The notes under the pieces: model-generated
The model's input: the letters and a program-made list of their open reading frames with translations, nothing else
The model's database searches: none
What the model was told of the DNA's origin: nothing
Shown here: piece by piece, positions 13,908-27,413 of the stretch
How positions within the stretch are numbered: position 1 is the first letter of the stretch
How the letters are laid out: each line of letters begins with the position of its first letter
Made by a program: the position numbers and the translations under genes
Source of the DNA: Eledone cirrhosa
Lineage: Eukaryota
Assembly (NCBI GenBank): GCA_964016885.1
Contig: OZ024752.1
Coordinates: 30,566,001 to 30,630,000 of the forward strand
Direction: 5' to 3'
Length of the DNA: 64,000 bases

Positions 13908-14370
13908 TTAATGCAGGGTTTTGATGGAGAGACAGATTTGTGAGAGTGAACAGGTGGTGAATTATTACATAAATTATTAGTTGAGAGAATCAGAGTAGTC
14001 ATTATAATAATGAGAGAAAATATAGGTGAAGGATATTGCATGTTGTGGTACTATTGATTGTAGTGTGTTAATGAATAGAGGATTGTCAATCAGTTAGGTG
14101 ACCTGAATGTAGTTTTAAATATTTCTGGTTGTAGTTATTTCCTTATTCCAGTCATGTGAACAGTACACTAACATAGGAAGTGTCTTGAACGGAGTCAAGA
14201 TATATATATATATATATATAAACTAATATATATGATGAAACACAGATACCAACACATCTGTATTTATATTGCAAAAGAAAATTTAGCCAGAATGAAGTAT
14301 ACTAATTATTATACTACAGTTTGTCCATATCGATTTAAAATAATAAATCAACAAAGACGAACTGCATTGC

Positions 14371-14407
<37 letters not shown>

Positions 14408-14910
14408 TGCAGGGTGTCCAAATATCACCCTCCTCACCAAGCAAGCTTGGTGGGATTGCCGGCGACCCGACCATGAGACAGGTAGGTTGTACTGGGTTAC
14501 ATGTTACCAGTAGCACTCGAGAGTGACCTGAAATACAAGACCTGGCAAAGGACAGAGGAACTCAGCAGAGTCAATGGCCATCCAAAAGTACTTTTTTTTT
14601 TTCACCTGGGAGTGAAAGGCCCCCAGTTGTTGTCATAACACCTTTCTAGGAGAGGGAAACTCTGAAAATAAACCTGCGGCTTCAGAAGCATCCAATGATG
14701 TTGACCAGTTCTCCTTTTTGGGTAGTGTTTTCGATGCTCAGAGAGTGGGATTGGTCGAGTGCAAGGCCTTCCTCCACTTAAAAAACCTACAAAGCACAGA
14801 CATTGCCTGTTCAGGATATGTTACAGGTTTGTGTGGTGGGTTGTTGCCTAAAAGTGCACCAAACTCTATAATCTAACAAGCGATTGCAGTACTCTTAGCA
14901 GAGTTTGCAA

Positions 14911-14915
<5 letters not shown>
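14408..14915. mobile_element. Interspersed repeat inserted in (TA)n, possibly RTE 5'UTR-like
   Basis: GC-richer block bounded by TA tracts; contains ctaggagagggaaactctgaaaataaacc; classification from recall only. Confidence 0.3.
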
Positions 14916-14942
<27 letters not shown>

Positions 14943-15011
14943 CGTGAGTCCTGGGTTCAATCAGGTGTAACCACAGTAAGTAAGGTACTCAATACATAGT
15001 AGCTTATATAG

Positions 15012-15087
15012 AAGATTTAATATAGAAATGGCTTCTAATGGAACAGTTCTAGTCCTGTGGCTAGAAGCCATTTCTATATTAAATCTT
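15012..15087. repeat. Fold-back inverted repeat between TA tracts
   Basis: aagatttaatatagaaatggcttcta ... tagaagccatttctatattaaatctt. Confidence 0.8.
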
Positions 15088-15392
15088 ATATATATATATA
15101 TATGCAGAAATATATGGTGGAGAAAGCAAGACATTTAATAACAAAATTTATTTCTTACACAGTGTTTTGTTGTTAAATACATTCATAATTCAGCAGGTGG
15201 ATATATATTAGGTTTATATCTTACTGTAGAAATGTACCTCTTAGACTCTTCAGAAAATAATTCTGCCCTTAAAAATGTCAAAAAAGGGATAGTCAAAGTT
15301 CGTACAAATGCAAAATATGAGCTACCCATTTATGAACAGTTTATCCTTTAAAAATTTGAAGGTATTATGAACACATCCATCGCCATGTTATG

Positions 15393-15425
<33 letters not shown>

Positions 15426-15431
<6 letters not shown>

Positions 15432-15630
15432 ACAGACCCTCCATCTCAACTCTACTTTTGAAAAGCAGAAGAACTGCGAAACCGGTAAAGGAACCAAATA
15501 AATATATATATTTTTTTTAAATAAGACTCCAGCTGCATTTTCGATTTCATCTCTTTTTCTTTATACTTTCACTCGTGTAGGACACCTCGGTTATTTTTCA
15601 TTTTGTAAAAAAAAACCTCACTTTCTAATA
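15426..15630 (+). mobile_element. ~205-bp HHR-bearing element (family D) in (TA)n
   Basis: Near-identical to 62270-62473; HHR at 15455-15491: ctt-TTGAAAA-gcag/ctgc-GAAA-ccgg-TA-aag. Confidence 0.75.
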
Positions 15631-15643
15631 TATATATATATAT

Positions 15644-15941
15644 ACGTGAACGGCAAAGCATAAACGAACTAAGGAAAAAATTAGAAATAAGAGGGATCAG
15701 ATGTTGTTTACTCAAGAGAAGGCTACGTTGGTATGGTCACGTGATGCGCATGAAGGACGATAGCTGTATAACAAAGTGCAGGGCAATAAAGATAGACGGT
15801 AGCCACGGAATAGGCAGACCCAGAAAAACCTGGGACGAGCTGATAAACTCCGACCTCACACACTTACACCTCTCCAAGACAATGTCACTGGACCGAGACC
15901 TTTGGCGGTACTCAGTAATAGAGAAGACCCGCCTTACCTAA
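15644..15941 (+). mobile_element. RTE-clade LINE C-terminal fragment (second family)
   Basis: RRLRWYGHVMRMKDDSCITKC...GRPRKTWDELINSDL...DRDLWR. Confidence 0.8.
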
Positions 15942-16063
15942 ATACATAGTAAAACCTACTACAGTCAGTAGACATCTCTAACAAAATACACCCCCGTCCC
16001 ACCACCCCCACCCCATCCACACCGCCCCTTTCTATGTAAAGTTATGTTGGTGCCACACCATCC

Positions 16064-16335
16064 AGGCCGAAACAAATGAGATCGTGTAGGTGTCACGACA
16101 AAAAAACACACAGTCCACGCTGTAATGTGGCCGTGTAGGCAACACGGTAAAAACCTCCCAGACCCACACTGTAAATGTGGTTGGTGTTAGGAAGGGCATC
16201 CAGCCGTAGAAAACCCGCCAGACAGTCCTATGCGAGCAAGATAACCACTCTTGCCTCAAGTGGGAAAACCCCCGTCCAAACCCATGCAAGCGTGGAACAC
16301 GGACGTTAAACGATGATGATGATGATGATGATGAT
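16064..16335 (+). mobile_element. SINE or RTE-related 3' element with (GAT)n tail
   Basis: Contains ttaggaagggcatccagccgtagaaa; near-identical inverse copy at 48619-48894. Confidence 0.75.
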
Positions 16336-17122
16336 ATATATATATATATAGCATTAACACAGTACATTCCAAATAAAAGCATATATAGACCAATATACAA
16401 TATGTTTATGTATAATAAACATACATATATTGTCTCGCTATAAATATTCTAAAATTTGATATCACAGAAACCTCAGTAGCAGCCTGGTAATTTATTTTAT
16501 TGAACTCAAAAGGGAAGAAAAAATGAAATTGACTTTGGTTGGATTTGAAATCAGGAGGTAAAGATCTGTAATACATATTAGAAGAAATTTTGTCCAGTAC
16601 TCTGTCAATTTACTACCATGATTGTTTTATATATATATGTATATATATATATCATCATTGTTTAATGTGTATTTTTCTAAGCTTGCATGGGTTAGACTGG
16701 TTGTCACATTATGAGATAATTCAGATCTGGAGATTATGTCTTGCACATATGGATCTGTATTTTGGCTTGGTTTCTACAGCAGGATGCCCTTCCTAACATC
16801 AACCATGCTACAATGTGGACTAGATGGTTTTTGTCATGTCACCAGCATGACCATCTTATTGGGTGGACTAGGCACAACCAACCAACAAGGTAGACTGGGT
16901 ACTTTTTTCATGTCACCAGCATCAACTTACAAGTGATTAGTGTTAACCCTTACATGTATATAAGTGTGTGTATGTGTGTTAGGGTCATATGTGTGTGGGT
17001 AGTAAAAGCTTTACAAATGCTAACTTCCACGCACACATACACACATACACACACATAATTCTATGTATATATAGATCCATCATTCCATCAGTTAACTATA
17101 TTAACACTATTCTGATTAAGTT

Positions 17123-18813
17123 GTTAGTAGTTAGTAGTAGTTAGTACACTGTGATATACTAATCACACCACCATAGAGGTGGTACTAACCTGTAGTTAGT
17201 AGTAGTTAGTATACTGTGATATACTAATCACACCACCATTGAAGTAGTACTAACCTGTAGTTAGTAGTAGTTAGTATAATGTGATATACTAATTACACCA
17301 CCATTGAAGTAGTACTAACCTGTAGTTAGTAGTTGTTAGTATACTGTGATATACTAATTACACCACCATTGAAGAAGTACTAACCTGTAGTTAGTAGTAG
17401 TTAGTATAATGTGATATACTAATTACATCACCATTGAAGTAGTACTAACCTGTAGTTAGTAGTAGTTAGTATACTGTGATATACTAATCACACCACCATT
17501 GAAGTAGTACTAACCTGTAGTTAGTAGTAGTTAGTACACTGTGATATACTAATTACACCACCATTGAAGTAGTACTAACCTGTAGTTAGTAGTAGTTAGT
17601 ATACTGTGATATACTAATCATACCACCATTGAAGTAGTACTAACCTGTAGTTAGTAGTAGTTAGTATAATGTGATATACTAATCATACCACCATTGAAGT
17701 AGTACTAACCTGTAGTTAGTAGTCGTTAGTATACTGTGATATACTAATCACACCACCATTGAAGTAGCACTAACCTGTAGTTAGTAGTAGTTAGTATAAT
17801 GTGATATACTAATCATACCACCATTGAAGTAGTACTAACCTGTAGTTAGTAGTTGTTAGTATACTGTGATATACTAATCACACCACCATTGAAGTAGTAC
17901 TAACCTGTAGTTAGTAGTAGTTAGTATAATGTGATATACTAATCACACCACCATTGAAGTAGTACTAACCTGTAGTTAGTAGTAGTTAGTACACTGTGAT
18001 ATACTAATTACACCACCATTGAAGTAGTACTAACCTGTAGTTAGTAGTAGTTAGTATACTGTGATATACTAATCATACCACCATTGAAGTAGTACTAACC
18101 TGTAGTTAGTAGTCGTTAGTATACTGTGATATACTAATCACACCACCATTGAAGTAGTACTAACCTGTAGTTAGTAGTAGTTAGTATAATGTGATATACT
18201 AATCATACCACCATTGAAGTAGTACTAACCTGTAGTTAGTAGTTGTTAGTATACTGTGATATACTAATCACACCACCATTGAAGTAGTACTAACCTGAAG
18301 TTAGTAGTAGTTAGTATAATGTGATATACTAATCATACCACCATTGAAGTAGTACTAACCTGTAGTTAGTAGTTGTTAGTATACTGTGATATACTAATTA
18401 CACCACCATTGAAGTAGTACTAACCTGTAGTTAGTAGTAGTTAGTATAATGTGATATACTAATCACACCACCATTGAAGTAGTACTAACCTGTAGTTAGT
18501 AGTTGTTAGTATACTGTGATATACTAATTACACCACCATTGAAGTAGTACTAACCTGTAGTTAGTAGTAGTTAGTATAATGTGATATACTAATCACACCA
18601 CCATTGAAATAGTACTAACCTGTAGTTAGTAGTAGTTAGTATACTGTGATATACTAATTACACCACCATGGAGGTGGTACTAACCTGTAGTTAGTAGTTG
18701 TTAGTATACTGTGATATACTAATTACACCACCATGGAGGTGGTACTAACCTGTAGTTAGTAGTTGTTAGTATACTGTGATATACTAATTACACCACCATG
18801 GAGGTGGTACTAA
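17123..18813. repeat. 65-bp satellite, ~26 copies
   Basis: Unit tagttagtagtagttagtatactgtgatatactaatcacaccaccattgaagtagtactaacctg. Confidence 0.95.
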
Positions 18814-19016
18814 CCATTTAGTATTTACATTATATATACTATTATATTTTCATGGTAAAGGCTTTACCTCACATAATATTAAATCTACGAGATTTTGATA
18901 TAATTTATTTTGAGAACAGTTGCTTAACATCAGTATGAGTAGCCAATTGCAGCCAGTTTGAATAGAAAGAGGTGAGAAAATTCTGGCCGAATATGGCTGG
19001 TTTAGATGCTATAGGG
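18814..19016. mobile_element. piggyBac-like MITE between two related satellite arrays
   Basis: ccatttagtattta...tagatgctataggg|ttaa; inverse homologue of 13691-13907. Confidence 0.75.
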
Positions 19017-19020
19017 TTAA

Positions 19021-19914
19021 TCTGTAGTTAGCAGTAGTTAGTATGCTGTGATTTACCACTAACACCACTCTAGAAGTGGTATTTACCTGTAATTAGTATG
19101 CTGTGATTTAGCAGTCACACCACCATAGAAGTGGTATTTACCTGTAATTAGTATGCTGCGATTTACCACTAACACCACCATAGAAGTGGTATTTACCTGT
19201 AATTAGTATGCTGTGCTTTACCACTAACACCACCCTAGAAGTGGTATTTACCTGTAATTAGTATGTTGTGATTTACCCCTAACACCACCCTAGAAGTGGT
19301 ATTTACCTGTAATTAGTATGCTGCGATTTACCAGTCACACCACCATAGAAGTGGTATTTACCTGTAATTAGTATGCTGCGATTTACCAGTCACACCGCCA
19401 TAGAAGTGGTATTTACCTGTAATTAGTATGCTGTGATTTACCACTAACACCACCCTAGAAGTGGTATTTACCTGTAATTTGTATGCTGTAATTTACCACT
19501 AACACCACCATAGAAGTGGTATTTACCTGTAATTAGTATGCTGTGATTTACCAGTCACACCACCCTAGAAGTCGTATTTACCTGTAATTAGTATGCTGCG
19601 ATTTACCAGTCACACCACCCTAGAAGTGGTATTTACCTGTAATTAGTATGTTGTGATTTACCACTAACACCACCATAGAAGTGATATTTACCTGTAATTA
19701 GTATGCTGCGATTTACCAGTCACACCACCATAGAAGTGGTATTTACCTGTAATTAGTTTGCTGCGATTTACCAGTCACACCACCATAGAAGTGGTATTTA
19801 CCTGTAATTAGTATGCTGCGATTTACCAGTCACACCACCATAGAAGTGGTATTTACCTGTAATTAGTATACTGCGATTTACCACTCACACCACCATAGAA
19901 GTGATATTTACCTG
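19021..19914. repeat. 55-bp satellite, ~16 copies
   Basis: Unit tagaagtggtatttacctgtaattagtatgctgtgatttaccactaacaccacca. Confidence 0.95.
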
Positions 19915-20090
19915 TTCACCTGTTCACCTGTTCACATCAGTTGATCAATCAGTTAAACTTCTCACTCTAAAAAATCATACACTAATGCTTACCTCAATTC
20001 TCCATTAACAGGTGTGTGTTATGTAATAATAATAATAATAATAATAATACACATATGTATAGAAAGGATAAGGGGAGGGGTTGTTCTCTC

Positions 20091-22102
20091 ACCACCACCA
20101 CCTCCACTTCCACCTCTTCCACCACCACCACCACCTTCCTGTCTCTACCACCACCAACACCACCACCACCACCGTCTTCCTGTCTCTACCACCACCAACA
20201 CCACCACCACCGCCTTCCTGTCTCTACCACCACCAACACCACCACCACCACCGTCTTCCTGTCTCTACCACCACCAACACCACCACCACCGCCTTCCTGG
20301 CTCTACCACCACCAACACCACCACCACCGCCTTCCTGTCTCTACCACCACCAACACCACCACCACCACCGTCTTCCTGTCTCTACCACCACCAACACCAC
20401 CACCACCGTCTTCCTGTCTCTACCACCACCAACACCACCACCACCGCCTTCCTGTCTCTACCACCACCAACACCACCACCACCACCGTCTTCCTGTCTCT
20501 ACCACCACCAACACCACCACCACCGCCTTCCTGTCTCTACCACCACCAACACCACCACCACCACCGTCTTCCTGTCTCTACCACCACCAACACCACCACC
20601 ACCGCCTTTCTGTCTCTACCACCACCAACACCACCACCACCGCCTTCCTGTCTCTACCACCACCAACACCACCACCACCACCGTCTTCCTGTCTCTACCA
20701 CCACCAACACCACCACCACCGCCTTTCTGTCTCTACCACCACCAACACCACCACCACCACCGTCTTCCTGTCTCTACCACCACCAACACCACCACCACCG
20801 TCTTCCTGTCTCTACCACCACCAACACCACCACCACCGCCTTCCTGTCTCTACCACCACCAACACCACCACCACCACCGTCTTCCTGTCTCTACCATCAC
20901 CAACACCACCACCACCATCCTGTCTCTACCACCACCAACACCACCACCACTGCCTCCCTGTCTTTGCCACCACCAACACCACCACCACCACCGTCTTCCT
21001 GTCTCTACCACCACCAACACCACCACCACCTTCCTGTCTCTACCACCACCAACACCACCATGTGTGTGTTATACGACAATATATATGTATAGAAGGGAGA
21101 AGGGTTGTTCTCTCACCACCATCACCACCACCACCACCACCACCATCACAACCACCACCACCACCACCACCATCACAACCACCACCACCACAACCACCGC
21201 CACCACCTTCCCAACACTTGTGTGTTATACAACAATATTACACATGTTCAGAAGGTGAGGGGGGAGGGGAATGTCTCCCACCACCACAACCATCACCACC
21301 ACCACCACCACCACCACCATCACAACCTCCACCACCACCACCACAACCACCACAACCACCACCACCACCATCACCACCACCACAACCACCACCACCACCA
21401 TCACCATCACCACCACCACAACCACCACCACCACCACCATCACCACCACCACCACAACCACCACCACCACCACCACCATCACCACCACAACCACCATCAC
21501 CACCACCACAACCACCACCACAACCACAACCATCACCACAACCACCATCACCACCACCATCACAACCACCACCACCACCATCACCACCACCACAACCACC
21601 ACCACAACCATCACCACCACCACCACCACCACCACTACCACCATAACCACCACCACCACCATCACCACCACCACAACCACCACCACCACCACCACCACCA
21701 CCATCACCACCACCACCATCACCACCACCACAACCACCACCACCACCATCACAACCACCACGATCACCACGATCACCATGACCACCACAACCACTACCAC
21801 CACGACCACTTCCACCATAACCACCACCACCACCATCACCATTACCACCACCACAATCACCACCATCACCACCACCACAACCACCACCATCACCACCACC
21901 ACCACCACCACCACCACTACCACCACCATCACCATTACCACCACCACAATCACCACCATCACCACCACCACCACCACAACCACTACCACCACCACCACCA
22001 TCACCATTACCACCACCACAATCACCACCATCACCACCACCACCACCACAACCACCACCATCACCACCACCACAACCACCACCATCACAACCACCACCAC
22101 AA
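20091..22102. repeat. (CCA)n-derived ~37-40-bp minisatellite (to ~21060), then an imperfect (ACC)n microsatellite
   Basis: Units ccaccaccaacaccaccaccaccgtcttcctgtctcta, then cac/cat/caa triplets. Confidence 0.95.
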
Positions 22103-22647
22103 CCTTCATTCAATACTTTTTCCACTATACTGTTTTAATTGTATTCAATATCAAATACACCCACAAACACCTCCTCTCTCTTTCACTTACACACCCTCCC
22201 TCTCTCTCTCACTCGCACCCTCTCTCTCTCTCACTCACACACTCTCTCACTCACACCCTCTCTCCCTCTCGCTCTCACTCACACCCTCTCTCTCTCACTC
22301 CTCTTAAATTTTGTGTGAAATTAATTCTTAATTTATTGAAATGAACTCTCTTCCTCCTTCTCTCTCTCTCTCTTCCTCTCTCCACTCACTCAGGTGTCAC
22401 ACACAATACATATCTTCTCTCTCACTCTCACTTTCTCTCACTCTCACTCTCTCTCACTAATACACTCACTCATCTACCTGTCATTCAGGTGTCTCACAGA
22501 CACACACACAACACACCACACACCACACACCACAATACACCACACAACACACCACACACATCACACACACACACACACTCATCCTATTAATGACAATGCA
22601 ATATGATGTCCTTGGTGAGACAACAGAAAACTAACTTTTATTTACAA

Positions 22648-23559
22648 TTAGCAGTGGTACCCGGCGTTGCACGGGATAAGGTATTTTGGAATGCGGGCTG
22701 CCAACAGACCTAATCGTGGAAAAACTGCATGCCTGGACAATATGTAAAGAAAATAAACCGAATACTCTGATGGCTGGATAGTCTTTAAGATTTTCCTCGA
22801 TGAAGCAGGAAAAATGCAGTTTTCTCCTAATGCGGGCCCTAGGGATCAAGAAAATGAATTTTTTTTTATGTGCATAATATGCTTTGAAATTTCGGGAAAA
22901 TCGGCTAGACGTAACGCCTCAAGAAAGCCCTAAAAAGCTGAAAAAATGAAGTTTTTCACCTTATGCGGGCCCTAGACCATAAAAAAGTTGGATTTTCTTT
23001 GCTCACGGTATGAAGAAGAGACTGACTAATACATAGTTACAATTTCAAGGAAATCAGTCTGACGTAACGACTCAAAAAAACCCTAAAAACCTGAAAAAAC
23101 GCAGTTTTTCAACTAATGCGGGCCCTAGTAGATCAAAAAGTCGAATTTTTTTATGTGCATAACACTCCCTGAAACATAAGTAATACACATGTAAAGTTTT
23201 GAAAAAGGTCGGTTGGGTACTTCTCAAGTTTTAGGGATTCAAACTCACAGACACACACACACGCACACACACAGGGAAGTGACGTAATGCAGACATCCAG
23301 ACATACAGACAGATATTATAACGGCGCGACGTTATATATATGTATCTATCTAAAAAGAGAAAGACTAAGAATTATAGAGAGAGATCGCTAAATCGCCAAA
23401 TGCGGTCCCTAGGGCATTTAAAATTAGAAATTTTTTTTTTTGCTCAGAACACTCCCTAAAACATAAGTATTACATGTGTAAAGTTCGGTTGGGTGGTTCT
23501 CGAGTTTTAGGGATTCAAACTCACACACACACAGACATCCTCAGTTTTATATATATAGA
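22648..23559 (-). mobile_element. Non-autonomous Helitron A
   Basis: Minus strand starts TCtatatatataaaactgagg; ends with hairpin cccgtgcaacgccggg and CTAA (degenerate CTAG); internal subrepeats (atgcgggcccta). Confidence 0.75.
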
Positions 23560-24334
23560 CTAGCAGAAAACCACCCAGTGGGCGGTTTTCTGCTAGCAAA
23601 TCTAGTGTATATACTGAAATTTTAATCATACTATTAGGTGTGAATAAGGAAATATTTTTTTATTGTCAAAACAAATGTTCAAAAGTTAAACTTCAACTTT
23701 TTGAATTATTTCCAATTTTTTCATGAAATTGAACACTGGACATTGGCTGCTGGAAATGGAAATTAAATCGTATTTAATTGTATTTAAATTTCTAACCTTA
23801 TTTTATTATTTATATTTTTTCAATAAGAAATAAAAAAAAAACAACAACAAATTTGAAGAAAAATATTGAACAAATCAAACGCAGGTTATGGAACTGCGCA
23901 ATCTGATTAATAAATTACCTCATCAGCAGCAACCTTCTTCAAATGGTCCTTATTATCAGCAGCAACAACCACAAATTCAATGGCAACCTTCTTCGCATGG
24001 TGTCAAGTCAGAAGCGCCTCGAACTGGTTACTTCTGGCTTGTGCAAGGTGTCTCTATAGCAACCAGCGATTCCCTCGGCCTCAGTGACCAAAGTCAGTGG
24101 AGAGGGGAAGGTAATGTTTCTATAGCGACAGTGTTTCTCTTGGTAGTACCAAAGTGGAGCAAGGAAGGGGAAGGTAATATTTCTGTAGCACGTGTTTTAG
24201 CGTCTATTCACTCTCTCTCTCTCCCTCCCGCTATCCCCTCTCGAAGTCTGTCTCTTTCTTTCACTCTCACTCTACGCACGTGTTTCCACTGTCGGACAGA
24301 CAGATAAATTGCTGGTTATATATATATAAGTAGA
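23560..24334 (-). mobile_element. Probable non-autonomous Helitron B abutting Helitron A
   Basis: Minus strand starts A|TCtacttatatatata; ends in a 37-bp near-palindrome terminating CTAG. Confidence 0.55.
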
Positions 24335-24507
24335 TAGGATGTTCCCAATCTACCAACCAACCTGTCAGGACACTGCATCCTTCAAAACTTCCATGCTTCC
24401 TGAAATTCTCGCTACACCTGACATTCCCCCTCCATACACACACAGACACACATGTGTGTGTGTGTATCATGATTCATACACTGTTCAATTTCCTGATTTT
24501 TGTACAT

Positions 24508-25170
24508 TCAGTAGAAGGTTGGACGCCATGCTTTACAGCACAGAGTCACGGCCCTTTACAGTCTGAGTTCAAATTCTGCCGAGGTTAACTTTACCTTTCA
24601 TCCTTACGGGGTTGATAAAATTAAAGTACCAGTAACGCACTGGGATAATTGCTGGCCTTAGGCCAAAAGTAGAAACAATTATTCTATGCACCTTTGATGA
24701 GTTTTAGTGCACCTGAGCACTGTACACAATAAATTTCATTATTATCATTAGAAGGGTGGTGAATTGGCAGTATCAGTAGAGGGTCGGACATGCTTTCCAG
24801 CATAGTTACGTCCCTTTATGATCTGAGTTCAAATCCCGCCGAGGTTAACTTTGCCTTTCATCCTTACGGGGTCGATAAAATAAAGTACCACTGGGTAATT
24901 GCTGGCCTTGTGCCTAAAGTAGAAATAATTATTATCATTAGATTGGCAATATCTGTAGAGTGTCAGAGACCATGCTTTGCAGTATAGAGTTATGGCCCTT
25001 TACGTTCTGGGTTCAAATCCCGTCACGGTTAACTTTCCCTTTCATCCTTACGGGGGGGGGGGGTCGATAAAATAAAGTACCAGTAATGAACTGGTTCAAT
25101 TTAATCAACTTTGCCTTCTCCAAAATTTGCAGGCCTTGTGCCTAAATCAGAAACCATAATTATCATTATT
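24508..25170 (+). mobile_element. Cluster of three Nin-domain-like tRNA-derived SINEs
   Basis: Each has a gagttcaaatcc-type B box, cctttcatccttacggggtcgataaaataaagtaccag, and tail ggccttgtgcctaaagtagaaa(att)n. Confidence 0.8.
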
Positions 25171-25460
25171 ATTAATCAATCAATCAAATATTTAAAACAG
25201 GTCTAAAATCTATATTTTGTTATTAATGTAATATTTACTCTAAGACTGTTATATCTGTAGCAGCTTGGTCGATTCAACAGCTGACATACAGGTTTCACTG
25301 TTTTGTCACATGGCTTCTTTTAACCAATCAGAACCTAGTAAATCATTGAGCCAGGTTTTGTAGGAGGGGGGGGGCATATGGGATGGGATTGGGTTGGGTA
25401 GTTGGTATTTAGACATGTATATATTATAAGCATATCATTCTATATGGGTGTAATTGTGTT

Positions 25461-25517
<57 letters not shown>

Positions 25518-25610
25518 AGATCAAAAGATGGTTAAAGGAGTTCCATATATTTTATTATGCGCATTTCAAAAACAAACATCATGCAAACACAATTACACCC
25601 ATATAGAATG

Positions 25611-25648
<38 letters not shown>

Positions 25649-25651
25649 ATT

Positions 25652-25682
<31 letters not shown>

Positions 25683-25685
25683 ATT

Positions 25686-25738
<53 letters not shown>

Positions 25739-25842
25739 AAATATATAAATATATAAATATATAAATATATTTATATATATATAATTATATATATATATAT
25801 ATATAATATATAAGATAAAAAGATGGTTAAAAGAGTTCCATG

Positions 25843-25913
25843 TATTTTATTATGCGCATTTCAAAAACAAATATCATCATGCAATAATATTTGTGTTTTC
25901 ATCAGATAAAATA
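25843..25913 (-). ncRNA. Type I hammerhead ribozyme (family A)
   Basis: tattttat-CTGATGA-aaacacaaatatt/atatttgttttt-GAAA-tgcgca-TA-ataaaata; palindromic stem III AUGCGCAU. Confidence 0.85.
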
Positions 25914-25971
25914 TGTTGATTTAAAACTGCACTATTCACAAGTGTTTTTTAACCTTCATATCATGTCTTCT

Positions 25972-26042
25972 TATTTTATCTGATGAAAACACAAATATTA
26001 TTGCATGATGATATTTGTTTTTGAAATGCACATAATAAAATA
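25972..26042 (+). ncRNA. Type I hammerhead ribozyme (family A)
   Basis: tattttat-CTGATGA-stem II-GAAA-tgcaca-TA-ataaaata. Confidence 0.8.
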
Positions 26043-26168
26043 CATGGAACTCTTTTAACTATCTTTTGATCTTATATATTATGTATACTGCAGTCCTACA
26101 AACTGTAGAGTGCTTCTTATCCAATATCTGCATTGCTTTATTGTACTACAATAAAACTCACCTCCTAC

Positions 26169-26231
<63 letters not shown>

Positions 26232-26233
26232 TT

Positions 26234-26442
26234 ATGCAAAAGTTCTATTTAAATTGTTGGGATACAACAAGCAAATATTTTTATAACTGATATAAAGCAC
26301 TCGACAAATATTTGGAGTAAATATACGATATTAACAAATGGAAACTATATTTATAAAACCATATTTATTTCATTATATATATCCTTGAAATATATATAAT
26401 GAAATAAATATGGTTTTATAAATATAGTTTCCATTTATTAAT

Positions 26443-26445
<3 letters not shown>
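26234..26445. mobile_element. Family B fragment with fold-back; truncated HHR at the apex
   Basis: Arms ~26327-26380 and ~26392-26445; apex atcctt-GAAA-tatata-TA-atgaaata; homologous to 53200-53360. Confidence 0.7.
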
Positions 26446-26493
<48 letters not shown>

Positions 26494-26528
26494 TTATATA
26501 TATATTTATATTTATATATATATATATT

Positions 26529-26561
<33 letters not shown>

Positions 26562-26571
26562 ATATATATAT

Positions 26572-26656
<85 letters not shown>

Positions 26657-26805
26657 GAATATATATATATATATATATATAGTTGAATATAAAAGAGAGA
26701 TGAACACAGATATAAACATATATGTGTTCAAAGCTATTTAATTGTAAGAGACTATTTTGAATTTCTAACTCAATATATACCTTTATATATATATATATAT
26801 ATATA

Positions 26806-27028
26806 GTGAGTGCTGGGTGCTTTTTTGCCGTGGCACCTCCACGACCACTTTACAGTGGAATGATATCGACCCCAGTCCCTATCATCTCATTTCTACAGCT
26901 GAGTAAACTGGAGCAATGTGAAATAAAGTGTCTTGCTCAAGGAAACAACACATCACCTGGTCTGAGATTTGAACTCACAACCTTTCGATTGCAAGGCCAA
27001 TGCTCTAACCACTAAGCCATGTGCCTCC
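26806..27028 (-). mobile_element. tRNA-derived CORE-like SINE (5' part)
   Basis: Inverse of 34166-34390; A box tggcttagtgg, B box gttcaaatc. Confidence 0.8.
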
Positions 27029-27218
27029 AACCAAGAGATATACTTTAACTTTAATTATATCTCATAAAATAATACAACTGGTTTTTCCACATTATACATA
27101 TTGTTAGCACCCCAAACACTTAAATTGGGTTTATATTTTAATATAACCTAATGTTTGTTGAGTGAGATGGTTACCAGTCAGAGTTTAGCTTTAAACTATC
27201 TCTGTTATTGTATTAAAT

Positions 27219-27257
<39 letters not shown>

Positions 27258-27374
27258 TAAACGGAATAGAAAATGCTGACAAATTGTTCACAGTTGAAAA
27301 ATGGTTTAATTAGGAATAAAAGAGTATTAGTGATTGTATGGGTTAGTATTCAGTTGTGGTTTTAAGTTTTTAAG

Positions 27375-27413
27375 TTTTTACCGGTTGCGCATTTCTAAAT
27401 GCTTTTCAAAAAT
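27375..27413 (-). ncRNA. Variant hammerhead-like motif in the PLE left arm
   Basis: Reverse complement of 30027-30065. Confidence 0.55.

Larger units (their letters stand above)
25803..26169 (+). mobile_element. HHR-bearing element (family A) with an inverted 5' duplication
   Basis: Unit 25911-26169 is homologous to 31549-31805 (-); 25803-25913 is an inverted copy of 25972-26081; (TA)n on both sides. Confidence 0.8.

Noticed and set aside
17123-18813. Telomeric repeat (ttag-rich)
   Set aside because: No TTAGGG or TTAGG tandem run; it is a 65-bp unit
20014-22344. Pro/His/Thr/Gly-rich ORFs resembling extensins
   Set aside because: All frames are open across a CCA-derived repeat; frames swap peptide type between units
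23888-24307. 139-aa Gln-rich ORF
   Set aside because: Lies inside probable Helitron B; no recognisable domain, although a captured gene fragment cannot be excluded
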